Below, in pieces: positions 1-11,980 of a DNA stretch of 64,000 nucleotides (within the stretch, counting starts at the first letter, position 1; every line of letters starts with the position of its first letter). The position numbers were made by a program, and so were the translations under genes. The notes below the pieces were generated by a model. The model had not been told where the DNA came from. It made no database searches and saw nothing but the letters and a program-made list of their open reading frames with translations. This stretch comes from Vicugna vicugna (taxonomy: Eukaryota): assembly GCA_013265495.1 (NCBI GenBank), contig MU057947.1, forward strand, positions 1,188,048 to 1,252,047, read 5' to 3'.

Positions 1-199
1 TGCTGCGTATTCGGCACACGCTGGGGGTGCTGGCGGGCCGCCCCTCAGAAGAGGGTCTGCCTGAGGTTCAGTTTGTCTCCGCTTGGCCCCCACCTGCAGG
101 GCGCCTCCCTCCTCTCGGGATCCCCTGAGCACCCTTTGCTCCTGGCCACGTGGTTTCCTCATGGTTTCTGGCTTGAGTCGGTTCACCTAGAGCTGCACC

Positions 200-1363
200 T
201 GTGGTAGACGGAATAAAGACTCCCCAGACATTTCCACGCCCGTATCCTGGAACCTGTGAACACCTCACCTTACCTGGTGAAAGTGAAAAGGAGCAGGACC
301 CTGTGGGACCTTCCCAGGACAGGACCCCCCACCCCAATCATGTTCTCCTGCCTCTTGTCTGTAATAAAACTTAAGCCAGAGAATAAATTTAGTCAGAGAA
401 ATGAGGAAAATGCAGAAACAAAGGAACACAGTCAAACAAGACAAAATAAGAGTAGTTTAGTCATTAGACAAAGTCAAGGATCTTCAGGTTCTCCTCAAGG
501 ACTGTAGATAATATTCTGAGCCGTGTCCTTTGAGAGGTTTTGTAGGTACTGAGACCCCCGGGAGGTGGAAAAGTTAACTAGGTGATGACCAGACCGGAGC
601 CAGGACGGAAGAGGTGGCAATCCCAAGAACTGGCCTTAAGGAAACAGGAACAGACTGACCCTGGAACTGAAGGTTAACTGTGCTTGAAACAATCAAGATG
701 ACACTGATCAGACACCACATGACAAATTTCAAGATGACTGTGAGAGCTGACTGTGCGGATCTGCGCATAACCCCCCACCCCCGTGCCTGGGCATCCCTGA
801 AATTTCCCTTTAAAAGCTCTTGCCCCCTGATCGGCCGTGGGCAGTGTTCTTTGGGACGTGAGTCCACCGTTTCACCAGGATAGCTGGCTTCCTCAATAAA
901 GCTCTCTTTCCTTTTACCCAACACTGATCTCTCAGTACTGGATTCTTGAGTGACAAGCAGCTGAACCGGAGTGTGGTGACAAAAGGGACTTTTCAGATGG
1001 GATTAAATTAAATACCTTGAAATGGGGAGATTATTCTGGATTATTTGGGCTGGTCTGATGAGATCACAGGGGTCCTTTAAGAGGGAGGCCGGAAGGAAGG
1101 AGGCAGGAAGAGGAGATGTGCTGACCAGACCAAAGCTGCTTCCGGCCGGAGCGGTGCCCTGGGAGTGGAGGAAGGGGCTGTGGGCCGAGGGACGCAGGCA
1201 CCTCTAGAAGCTGGAAGAGGCAAGGAAACAGATTCTCCCCTGGAGCCTCCAGGAGGACCGTGGCCCGACTGACACCTGGACTTTAGAGTTCCGACCCCCA
1301 GAACTGGAAGAGACAAATTTGTGTGTGTTTTTAAGCCCCGGAGTTTGTAGCCATTTGTTACAG
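200..1363 (+). mobile_element. MaLR LTR (MLT1D-like), split by an ERV1 solo LTR at 284-981
   Basis: Starts TGTGGTAGACGGAATAA. CCTGGAACCTGTGAA...CCTTACCTGG rejoins AAAGGGACTTT...GGGGAGATTATTCTGGATTAT across the insert. The 3' part CTCTAGAAGCTGGAAGAGGCAAGGAAACAGATTCTCCCCTGGAGCCTCCAG...TTTTAAGCC...TTTGTTACAG resembles the MLT1D consensus. Confidence 0.85.
284..981 (+). mobile_element. ERV1-class solo LTR (cetartiodactyl family)
   Basis: TG...CA termini with a perfect 4-bp TSD AAAG (280-283 and 982-985). TATA-like TTTAAAAG near 809 and AATAAA at 895-900. Confidence 0.9.
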
Positions 1364-3684
1364 GTGCCAAGTGTTTGCTGGAGAAGCCAGGCCCCAGCGG
1401 TGCGGCGTTTGTGGATAAGTGCTTATAGGCTCCCCTCACTGCCCTCTACCTCTGCTGAGATGAGGACTGTGCAGGGCCTTTTGCTTCGTGGGGCCGAGTG
1501 CTCACGTGCGTGGAGCAGTTTTGGTTGAGAGTGGCCGTCAGCCAGCAGCCTCCACGCATGGGAAACACTGTGAAACAGACACGTCACGGCTTCCATTACC
1601 TTCCTTTCGAGAAGTTTTCATGATGTGTTTAAAGTAAAAATTGTGAGTATGTTACCCTATCATCTTTCTTCAAAGATGCAGGAAAAAGGTAAGAAAAAAG
1701 GGAATCAAAGCAGCATTTTGAACTTTCGAGGACAGCGCTTTTCAGAGCCTCCCAGTTCCCGGTGGAGGACGTAACAGATACCATTGGCTTAAAAGGACAC
1801 TTTGTAGTTTTGTGTTTCTTTTGTCCTCTTTATTTTGTATCTCAGCATGTCTCTTATTTGTAGCCAGAAGGTTGCCTTCATTTCAATTAACGAGATGTGG
1901 ACCGTATCCTCAGGAAGGTTTCCGAGAAGGAGTGGGGTGAGGCTGAGTGGGGGTCCCCGCCTGGCCACTGAGCGGCCGGTGACCTGGTCCATCTTGTCCC
2001 TGTATGGGTCCCTCTTCCGTAAGATGAGGGTCCGATTAGATGGTCCCCAGGTGCACTTCCCTCTGGCTTCTGGTCCTGCCCAGGCCATTTTGAGAACTAA
2101 TTGAATGAGACACACCTTGGTTCTGTTCAGCTGGACGTTTCCAACCAGAAGTCTTTGGAGGTGGGCTGCCTGACCTTCCAGAGTTTTTCTTTTGAGAAAA
2201 GCAACCAAACAAATACATTTCTAAGCATGTTAATTAGCCACCCGAAGACCACCATTCATCACTCTGATTGAAACCTTTTAAACGGCGTAATTGCGCTCGG
2301 TTTTCCTGCGCTCCGCTAATGAAGCAGCTTTTGGGGCGGCAGTGATTAACCACGGGCTTGATGGAGGACGATGCCTCTGTCTGTGGGTGTCTGCTTTTCT
2401 TGGTTTTAAATTTATCTCAGCTCCCTGTGTGGAGTGAATTGCCTTGGACGGTGACGCTGCCGCGAGCATGACGGCTACGTCTCCTGCCATCTTACCCAGA
2501 CTGAGCGAAGGATGAAGAATGGAGCTCCTGTTTGCCCTTTGACCAGCACGGAAGCTCTCGGCAGCGCTGCTCTTTACTGAGCTGTGCTTCCACACCGTCT
2601 GCAGCGCCGTAAACACATTTTGGGGGAGGCTTAATGTATGGCTTCCCTAAAGATTTATGAGGTTCTGCAACTAGATTTTGTATAAAGAAAGTACAGATCC
2701 TAAATTCTGTGTTTTAATAAGATCAAAGGGACTGATTCATTGGCCCCTTGGTCCTTTATAGGAAGTCGACAAATTGAGCTCTTCGACTCCTATGAGACTT
2801 TTGGTGGTATGGTCTTCTGCTCCGGCCCCAGTGTACATAGCAGGGTAAGATTTCTTGTTGAAATGATTCAGAAAATGCATAATTCAGTAACCTGGCCTGG
2901 AAGTCCTGGGGATAATTCGCCTTCTTGGATGTGAACACTATGTAGCCTCCGTTTGAATTCCCAGCCTGAGAATGTCGCTTCCAGTTCCACAGGTCAAAGG
3001 ATTGTTTTGCATCCCTTAACAGTAAGTCGTAAAGGGAAGGATGTAGAAATAATTGCTTACGGCTTTGAGAAGAAGTCTATGAAATCATGCTGATCCAAAT
3101 GAAATAAATAGGTTGTAAGATTTAAGAATTATCTGCTCGAGTAAACGCGAAGTGGCTGTAACTCAGCGGTGTGATAGCAGCCCCCGCGTGGAGGATAAAC
3201 AGTGAGCCACGCACAAGGAGAGGAGGCAGGCTGCCACCCCGGTGGCAATAAAAAGGGCTTTCTCTGTTCTTTGCCATAAAACCGACATCATGGTTAACGA
3301 CATGACCTTGAAGGCAGCCAGTCACCCGGCGGTTCCTTCTGCCGGGCTCTGAAGGACGCGTGTTTAAAGATGGAGGCCATGTGGGGTGGGGGCTGGGGTG
3401 CAGGAGACAAGAGCATGTCTGCTTTTCTGAGCCTGCCGAGGACGGGACCTCAGATTGCATGCACTGTGGGCCCCCTGGTCTCCGCGTTGTAGACTTAGAA
3501 TGAGCTCTGGTTTCAAGCGGCACTCCGGCGTCACCTCAGGGCCAGTTTTCTGGCACCGACAGAGGAGCCGGGTGGCAGGCTGGTCCTAGAACCCGTGCTC
3601 TCCCTCAGGACCATCAGTCCACGGTGTGGACTGAGTAGAAAATGACAGTACAGATCTTTGATAAGCCTTCCTCTAAAATGTTTC

Positions 3685-3834
3685 ATGAAAATCACACAAG
3701 TAATTCAAGTTCTTCATAGGATTCCAGAAAACAAGGATGCATAGAGACTTTAAAAATGAATGAAGATCACCCGTAAACCAAGCACCGGCAGTCAGCCAGA
3801 CATGACTGTTTCCATGTGCAGTCCTCCAGCCTTT

Positions 3835-3836
<2 letters not shown>
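3685..3836 (-). mobile_element. old L1 (L1ME-like) 3' end fragment
   Basis: Degenerate similarity to the reverse complement of an L1ME 3' UTR (AAGATCACCCGTAAACCAAGCACC...GTCCTCCAG). Confidence 0.4.

Positions 3837-3865
<29 letters not shown>
3837..3865. repeat. (GT)n microsatellite
   Basis: Uninterrupted GT run. Confidence 0.97.
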
Positions 3866-3868
<3 letters not shown>

Positions 3869-3914
3869 ACTGTGTTTTTATGATAATGCTTTGCTTTGCT
3901 CCCTTGTTTTTCCT

Positions 3915-6900
3915 TTTTAACTGAGCTACCCTACACACACAGCGAAGTGCACTCACCTTCAGTGTACAGCTTGATTAACTTTACACAGATGCACACCCAT
4001 GTAACCACCACCCAAATCAAGGCAAAACACACCGCCATCACCCCGGAAGGCTCCAATAAAACCCTTCTCAGGAGGGACCAGCAGGGCATCAGGTGTGGTG
4101 GTCACTGTACTGGCGTCACTCACTGAAGGGCAGCCCTGCTCTGAAAGTCAGAGCTTCAGATTTTTGGAAACACCCACCATGCAGACTTCTGTGAAGCCTG
4201 TGTGGAATTCGCCCATGTTTGTGTGTGTGAAAGTAGTTACTTCTTTTTTAATTCTGCAGCCACATTCCACCAGATAAATGTGCCACCTGTTATTATTACC
4301 TGTTCCCCTGTTTTTGGACATTCGGGCTGTGTTGCAGGTTTTGGTTACTGGGAATGCAGGTTAGGCCCGTGCTTGTGAATGAGATGTGCACACTCATTTC
4401 TCCTGAGTCGGTGTTCTAGGAGAAATATTGGGGGTTGTGAAATGCATATATGATTGTCTTTAGCATACACTACTAAATGGTTTTTAAATTTTTCTTCCAT
4501 ATGCTCACAAATTCCTTTTTAATTTTAGTCATTCTGGTGGGTGCGCAAGGTACTTAATTATGACTTTAATATACTTTTTTTCTCATCAAGGCTTATGTTG
4601 GAAACCTTTTCATATGCCTATTAGCTATTTGAATATCCTCTTTAGTGATTTTCCTCCTCAAGTCTTTGACCATTTAAAAAAATAGGTAGATTTTTGTTAT
4701 TGGTTTGTGAGAGTTCTTTATATATTCTGCTTGTGACTTCATTTTTGAATATACATTTAGCAAATTTTCACTCAATGGTGATTTTTTTTAACTGAACACG
4801 AGTTCTTAATGTTAGTATGTGCATTTTATCAAGTTGTTTCTTTTCTATTAATACTTTTTGTCATGGTAAGAAATATTTTCATCCTCAAGGTGATAAAAAA
4901 AAAGTGTTCCTATGTTTTCTTTTTGCAACTTGATTGTTTTACCTTTTGCATTTAGATTTATAATAATTCATGAGTTGGTTTTGGGTATGATTTGGAGTAG
5001 GATCAAAGTTTATGTGTATTTTTTCCCGTTTGGGTGTTCTGTGGCTTCATCCGTCCCCACTGAATTTAGGTGCCCTTTTCCTGAAGCAAGTGACTGTACG
5101 TGCATGTCTGTTTCTGTATTTTCCCCTCTCTGTCCTTGTCTATGTGTCCATCATTGCAGAAACACCACCGCGCCCTGATTACTACAGCTTCATTCTAAGT
5201 CTTGCTGTCTGATAGCCTGTCTCCCAGGTTTTTGCTCTTCCTCTAGATTCTCTTGACTATTCTAGGCTCTTTGTATTTCCATATAAATTTAAGAATTGGC
5301 TTGTCAACTTACACAAAAATACCTGCTGGGATTTCTATTGGACTTGCATTGAATCCAGAGATCAACTGAAGAAGAACTGACATTTTTTAAAATAATGATC
5401 TTTCTAACTCATAAATAAGGAATATCTCTCCTTTATGCCTTCTTTAATTTACTTCAGTAGTGTTTTATAGTTTTCCATGTAGAGGTCTTGCACTTGAACA
5501 AATTTATTCATAGATGTTTGATTTTTTTGATGCTGTATTAAAGAGTATTTGAAAATGATTTTCTAATTTTCATTGTTGGTATCTAGAAATAAGTGGATTT
5601 TTTTATATTGATAATATTTCTAGTGACTTTTCTAAATTTCTCAGTTAGTTCTAAGAGTTTATTTGTAGATTATTGTGGATTTTCTATGCATTTATATCAT
5701 CTGTGAATCTGAACATTTTTATTTCTCCTATTATCTACCTACCTACCTACCTATTTATCTACCTATCCATCCATCTGTCTGTGTACCTTTGTAAGTATAT
5801 ATGGAGCTATCATTGTATCTATGCATGTATGTATGTATGTATCTATCCATCCGTCTTTGCATGCATCTATCATTGTATCTATGTGTGTATGCGTGTGTCC
5901 ATCTATTATCTTTGTATATATATAAGTATGTATGTATCTTTCTGTCCATCTTTGTATGTATGCACGTATCTATCATCTTTGCCTTGTTGCTCTAGCACAG
6001 TCTCTCTAGCACAATATCTAAAAGAAACGGTGGTAATTTGCATCCTAACCTATAGGGAAGGTGTTCACTGCATTAATATCAAGTATGCTGTTAGCTGTAG
6101 AGTCCCCCCCCATAGATTATCTTAATCATTTTTAGGAAGACACTTTCTATTCCCAGTTTTCTGAGCATTTTAATCATGAATGGTTATTGAATATTATCAA
6201 ATGTTTCCCTTCATCTATTAAGAGAATCCTATGGTTTGATCCTTTACACTATTAATGTGAGTAACATTTATTGGTATTTGAATGTTAGCTGGACCCTTGC
6301 ATACCTGGAGTAAACCCCGTTTGTTCATGATATGTCATTGTTCTAGTATTTCTAGATTCATAAAAGATACTGGCCTATAGTTTTCTTTTCTTTTCTTTCT
6401 TTCTTTTTTTTTAGTGTCTTCATCATTTTTTGGCATTGGGTCATGTTGCACTCATAAAATTAATTACGAAGTGTTCCCCTTTCTTCTCTTCTCTGAAAGA
6501 ATGCTTTTCAGATGGATATTATTATTTTTAAAGCTTTGGAGAAGTTAATTGTGACTCTGCCTGAGACTTGAGTTTTCTTTATGGGGAGTTTCTCACTTTT
6601 GATTTAATTTTTAAACAGATATAGGGCTACTTAAATGGTCTATTTTCCCTCATGCCAGCTTTTTAGGTTGTGTTCTACAAAAGGTCTGTTCTTTTCACCT
6701 AAGTTTACAAATTCCTTGGTATAAGATTTTTCGTAATATCTTTTTTTCTCCTCTAGGTTTATAGGGTCCTGGTGATGTCCCCTTTTCATTCATGACAGTG
6801 GTAATTTTTTCCCTCTTTTTTTGCCTCATTGTTGCAAGGGGATGTTTAATTTTGTTAATATTTTAAAATAACATGATTTGGCTGCGATTTTCCTGTTGTA

Positions 6901-7475
6901 AATCTGCTGTTTATTTCATCGACATCTGCACTTGCCTTTGTTATTTATTTTCTTCACCTTCAATTTTTTACTCTAGATCCTTGAGAAGGAAGTTTAGAGG
7001 GTGATTGTCCACCATTTCTCCCCATGTCTTTCAATATATAAATTTAGGGCTATCAACTCTTCCCTAAGCACTACTTTAACTTTATCCCACAATTTTTAAC
7101 ATTTATATTCTCATTATTATCCACTTCAAAATATTTCCCTTTGTAAGTTAATCTTCACCCATGGGTTTTTATTCAAACATTTCATTTGTTTCAGACATTT
7201 GTGTACTTTCCTGCTATCTTTGTTAATTATTTTGTTTGTTTCATTGTCATTAGAGAACAGCTCTAATGTATGATTTTAATTATTTGAAATTTGTTGAGAC
7301 TTGCTTTTTGACTCAGCAGATTGATTAATTTTGGCAAATGTTCCATGTACACTTATAAAGAATATGTATTCTGTCATAAGTTGTGTGCAGTGTTCTGTAT
7401 ATGCCAGTTAGGTACTATTCATAAATCATGTTCAAGACTTCTATAGTCTTACCGATTTTTTGCTGTTTAATTAGC
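3915..7475 (-). mobile_element. old L1 (L1MC/L1ME-like): 3' UTR plus decayed ORF2
   Basis: T-rich plus strand with the 3' UTR motif CACACCCATGTAACCACCACCCAAATCAAG. Typical antisense ORF2 stretches are present (TTGTATTTCCATATAAATTTAAGAAT, CCTGCTGGGATTTCTATTGG). The minus strand near 7340-7420 corresponds to the endonuclease IYRTLHP...EYTFF segment. Confidence 0.88.
5730..5978. repeat. (TACC/TATC/TATG)n low-complexity tract inside L1
   Basis: Mixed tetranucleotide repeats visible directly. Confidence 0.9.
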
Positions 7476-7479
7476 ATCC

Positions 7480-8620
7480 TTTCGTTTAAAAATGACAAAC
7501 TCCTTTCAGCATTGCTTGCAGCGCATTCTCGTGGGGATGAGCCCCTTCAGCGTTTGTTTGGGGAAGTTTTTCTGTCCCCTTCATTTCTGAAGGGCAGCTT
7601 TGCAGTGGCGTGCTCTTGGTGGGATGTTCTGTCTTTCAGCACTTTGACTGCATCGTCCTGCTCTCTCCTGGCCTGCGGGGCTCCTGCTGAGAAGTCTGCT
7701 CGTAGCCTCAGGAGGTTCTTTTGTACATGAGCCGTTTTCTTCCTCTTGCTGCTGTTTCTCTGTCTTTGACTTCAGACAGTCTTATTGTAATATGTCTTGG
7801 AGAAGATCTTTCTGAGTTGAAGAATTTGGGGGGGACTATGAAATTCATGAACGTTGGTGTCCAAATCTCTCTCTAGATTTGGGAAGTTCTCAGCCGTTAT
7901 TTCTTTAAATAAACTTTCTTCCCTTTTCTCCCTCTTTTCTCCTCTGAGACTCCAGTAATTTATAAATTGTTCCTCTTAATGGTGTCCTGTAGTTCACAGG
8001 GGCTTTCTTCACTCTTTCCCATTCTTTCTTCTTTGTTCTCCTCTGACTTGATAATTTCAGATGACCTGTCTTCGAGTTCACACACTCTTTTTCTGCTTGG
8101 TTCACTCTGCTGTTGATACTCTGCACGGCATTTTCCACTTTGTTCATTACAGTCCTCAGCTCCAGAATTTCTGTTTGGCTCTTTTTAATGATTTCTGTCT
8201 CTGTCAAACTTCTCATTTTGTTAGTTCATTGTTTTCCTGATTTTGTCAAACTGTCTGTGTTTTCTTTTGGCTCATCCAGTACCCTTTAAGAAACTATTTT
8301 GAATTCTTTATCAGGCAAACTCCAGATCTTTGGGATCAGCTACTGGAAAATTATTGGGTTCCTTCAGTGGCATCATGTTTCCTTGGTTTTTCATATTCCT
8401 TGAAGTCCTCTGTTACTGTCTTTGCGTTTGAAGAAGCAGTCACCTCCTCCAGTCTTCGCTGACTGGCTTTGAGAGAGAAACGCCTCTTTTCAGCCCAGCT
8501 GGGGATTCTGAGGCTCTGAGACCTTTCAGTGGGTGCGCCACCTCCACACTTCTTGTTCCCTCTTGGGCAGAATTCTTAAGATTGTGCACCTTCTCTGATC
8601 CTGCAGAGCCAGGTGGCGTG
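7480..8620 (-). mobile_element. L1 ORF1 / 5' region fragment
   Basis: ORF 7905..8216(-) ETEIIKKSQTEILELRTVMNKVENAVQSINSRVNQAEK matches the L1 ORF1p coiled coil. Sequence at 7500-7900 resembles the antisense ORF1 RRM/CTD region. Confidence 0.85.
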
Positions 8621-8624
8621 CTGA

Positions 8625-10400
8625 CCTTAACTGTGTCCTCATATTTAAAGTGTGCCTCTTGTAAAAACCACGTAATTGAGTTTAGTCTTCTTGCGCAGTC
8701 TGACAGTCTCTGTCTTTCAGTTGAAGTGTTTGTTCTGTTTATATTTAATGAAAGTGCAGACTTAGTTGGGTTTGAGCCTGCCATCTATTTGTTTTCAATT
8801 TGATCTACGTCTTTTTTGTTCCTTCTTTCTTGCCTTGTTTAGGATTAATAAAGTATTTTTATTATTATTATTATTTCATGTTGTCTTTTATGTTTCATTT
8901 TTCTTGGTGCTTTTAAAATGGTTGCTCTAGAGATTAAGAAATGCACAATTCACTTGTAACAGCCCATCTCAGTAATTTCAGCACTTCCCTGCTGAGGCAT
9001 GAGCCTTACAACACTCTATGTACCGTTTCGCACACTTGGTGTCAGAGAGCAGACACTCGTGCAGTCACTCACATGTTTACCCTGGTGACGCTCTTTATTG
9101 CTTGGTGTAGCTCTGTGTCTGCCTCTGGGACCGTTTCCCTTCTGCCATTGAAAACCTCCTTTAGTATGTCTTGTGGTGTGGGCCTCCGAGCAGCAGATGC
9201 TCTGCTTCCGTTGGTTTTAAACATCTTCACTTGCCCTTTACCTTGAGGGACTCTTTCCCTGGGTGTTTAGTTGGGACTGGTTTTGCTTGCAGCATTTCGC
9301 ATCTGGTGCATTTTAGTTTCAAATATTGTGTTTTCAGTTTTAGAATGTCTGTTTGATTTATTTTTAAAACAGATTTCGAAATTCTTAATCTTGTCATTTT
9401 TTTTATCCACTTTTAAATTTTCTTTAACACACTCACCATAGTTATTTTAAAGTCTTTTATGCTCATTCCAGTATATGGACGATCTGTGGAACTGATAACA
9501 TAGTCTAGTTCTTACTTTCTGGATTGTTGGTCACCTCATGTAGCGTCTTCACTTGTCTCGTAAGTTTTGACTGTACGGCAGACATTGTGAATGAAAGGAC
9601 CATAGAGACGGCAGATGGTGTTAATTTCCTCTGGAAAGGAGTCTCTTCTTAAGTAGCTTTTGTTTGCTTATTTTTCGTTTTGTTTTATGCTCAAGTTGAG
9701 TGGCTGACAGGTGAAGAATTGAGCTGCACTGCTGCTTAATTAAGACTCGGTCTAACTGAGTCCCGTCTCTTTTTCTTGGTCCTGGCTCTCCTGGGCTGTT
9801 GGTCTGGAGGCTGATGGGTGTCTTTGTCCTGAGCTCCGAAGCCCTGGGGCTCACGCCTGTCCCCAGCAGTCTTAGCCTCTCCCCTTCCTGCAGCTTCAGA
9901 TTCACCCGTTTTCCTGAGCAGGACGCTGGCTCTGTGTTCTAGGCAGTCTACCTGCCTCTAGTGGAAATTCGTCTCTTAAACATTCTTAATTGCAGGATGT
10001 TGCAGTCTGTCTAGTAGAGATTTCTGACTCCAGCTCTCCTCACCCCGCAAAACCTCCAGTGTTCCCCTAGAGCTTAGCAAATGCCCTGAGGATTTAACTG
10101 GCTCTTTCTCCTGTTTCTGGATTTCCATTCATCATGCCAGCCTGTGTGACAGTCTGTTGGTGTCTCTTCCTCCACTAGAACCTTCTGGCTAGGCCAAGCG
10201 GAACCCTCAGACTGTGAGCACAGGAGACAGTTTCTGGCAACCATCCGTCCTAGTCAGGGTTTTCTGTCTCTGGGACATTTTCCTCATCTAGGTATTATTG
10301 CTGCCACAGGTTTTTGATGTTTTAAATATACGGCCTTCTGCAACTTATCTACTTTTATTCTAGTTGTTGAAGTGGGACCATCAGCTGGCTACCACCCATT
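8625..10400 (-). mobile_element. old L1 5' portion: ORF2 endonuclease start, inter-ORF region, decayed ORF1 and 5' region
   Basis: ORF 8440..8784(-) MAGSNPTKSALSLNINRTNTSTERQRLSD...WFLQEAHF matches the L1 ORF2p N-terminus (TLNINGLN...QETH motif). ORF1-like remnants lie at 9130-9600. The right boundary is uncertain. Confidence 0.75.
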
Positions 10401-11078
10401 ACATCCTACTTGGAACAAGAGTTTGAGTACTTGTTTATAATCTGTAATTTTTCCTATTAGTGTATTATGAACTAACTTCCCTTTTAATAAATTTATGTCA
10501 GTAAGTACACTTCCGTAGCTTTATGTATTTTTAGAAGTACACTTCTGTGGGGTCTACATAGATGTTAACTAGCACCTGTGCTTGACTGTTCAGAGTATTT
10601 CTTTAATGTATTTTAGCCAGTCTTCTGTCTCTAGGATAAGCCTTTAGAGGTGGCACAAGAACAGAATTGCTTTGAAGTGCGTGTTCACCATCTCTCCTCC
10701 TTAGGGAGCGTTCAGCTCAGCCTGCAGCATTTCTGTAAAGCCTCTGCCTTCGTTCATCAGACGAGAGCTAGGTGTTCCCCTTCTTTATGGCACCTGTGTT
10801 CGCCCGTACTGCACAGGCTTACATTGGAGAACAGTGCTGTGTAGGTAGATTCTGTTAATACAGCATTGACGTCCAACAGCTTTTCCATTTTCTGCAGAGG
10901 CTGCTACAGACACTGCGTTTGTGCAGCCGAAGACGCGTCTCTCCTTTCTGCTGGTGGACTAGCTGCTTTCATTTCTTACCAAGCGATGCTTGCTTGAGTG
11001 TCCTTCCATGCTCTGTTCCTCTTAGCATTGCTGTTGCCTCCCCCAGTTTCACTGATAGGTAAGAGGTAGATGGCTGGT

Positions 11079-11103
11079 GAGAGAGAGAGAGAGAGAGAGA
11101 GAG
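11079..11103. repeat. (GA)n microsatellite
   Basis: Uninterrupted GA run. Confidence 0.95.
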
Positions 11104-11174
11104 TATCTAGAACAGTTTGTCCTCCGACCTAGGTGATTATTTGACTCCCCTGGATTGCTTGTTTCAATTAAAGA

Positions 11175-11265
11175 TTTCCTCAGTCTCTTAATCTGTGAAA
11201 TGAGATGTGTAAAGGTGTAGAATAGCTCCTAGCACATAGGAAACTATCAAGCAATATTGGCTGCT
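11175..11265 (+). mobile_element. MIR SINE 3' fragment
   Basis: CCTCAGTCTCTTAATCTGTGAAATGAG and TAGAATAGCTCCTAGCACATAGGAA...ATATTGGCTGCTG match the MIR core and tail. Confidence 0.7.
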
Positions 11266-11980
11266 GTCACTGTCACAGTTGTTGACATCACCGCTGTCTT
11301 CACCATTATCATCACCATCATTGTCACCATCATTATCACCAGTCACCATCATCACCATCATCAGCATCACCACCATCATCACCACCATCACCATCATCAT
11401 CATCACTGTCATCACCACCATCATCACCATCATCAGACATCATCACCATCATCATCATCACACATCATTACTGTCATCATCACCACCATCACCATCATCA
11501 TTACCACTGTCATCACCACCATCATCACCATCATCAGACATCATCACCATCATCACCATCATCATCATCACACATCATTACTGTCATCATCATCATCATC
11601 ACTGTCATCACCACCATCATCATCATCACCACCATCACCATCATCATCATCACTGTCATCACCACCATCATCACCATCATCAGACATCATCACCATCATC
11701 ACTATCATCACCACCATCACCATCATCATCATCACTGTCATCACCACCATCATCACCATCATCATCATCATCACACATCATTACTATCATCATCACCATC
11801 ATCACTGTCATCACCACCATCGTCATCACCATCACTACTGTCATCACCACCACCATCATCATTATCACCATTACCACATCACCATCATCACTGTCATCAC
11901 CACCATCGTCATCACCATCACTACTGTCATCACCACCACCATCATCATTATCACCATTACCATCATCATCACCATCACCA
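11266..11980. repeat. compound (CAT/CAC)n trinucleotide array
   Basis: About 0.7 kb of CAT/CAC triplets with recurring CTGT, CAGAC and CACAC interruptions. Confidence 0.97.

Noticed and set aside
7905..8784. ORFs with real protein similarity (L1 ORF1p and ORF2p pieces)
   Set aside because: They are frameshifted retrotransposon remnants, not host genes.
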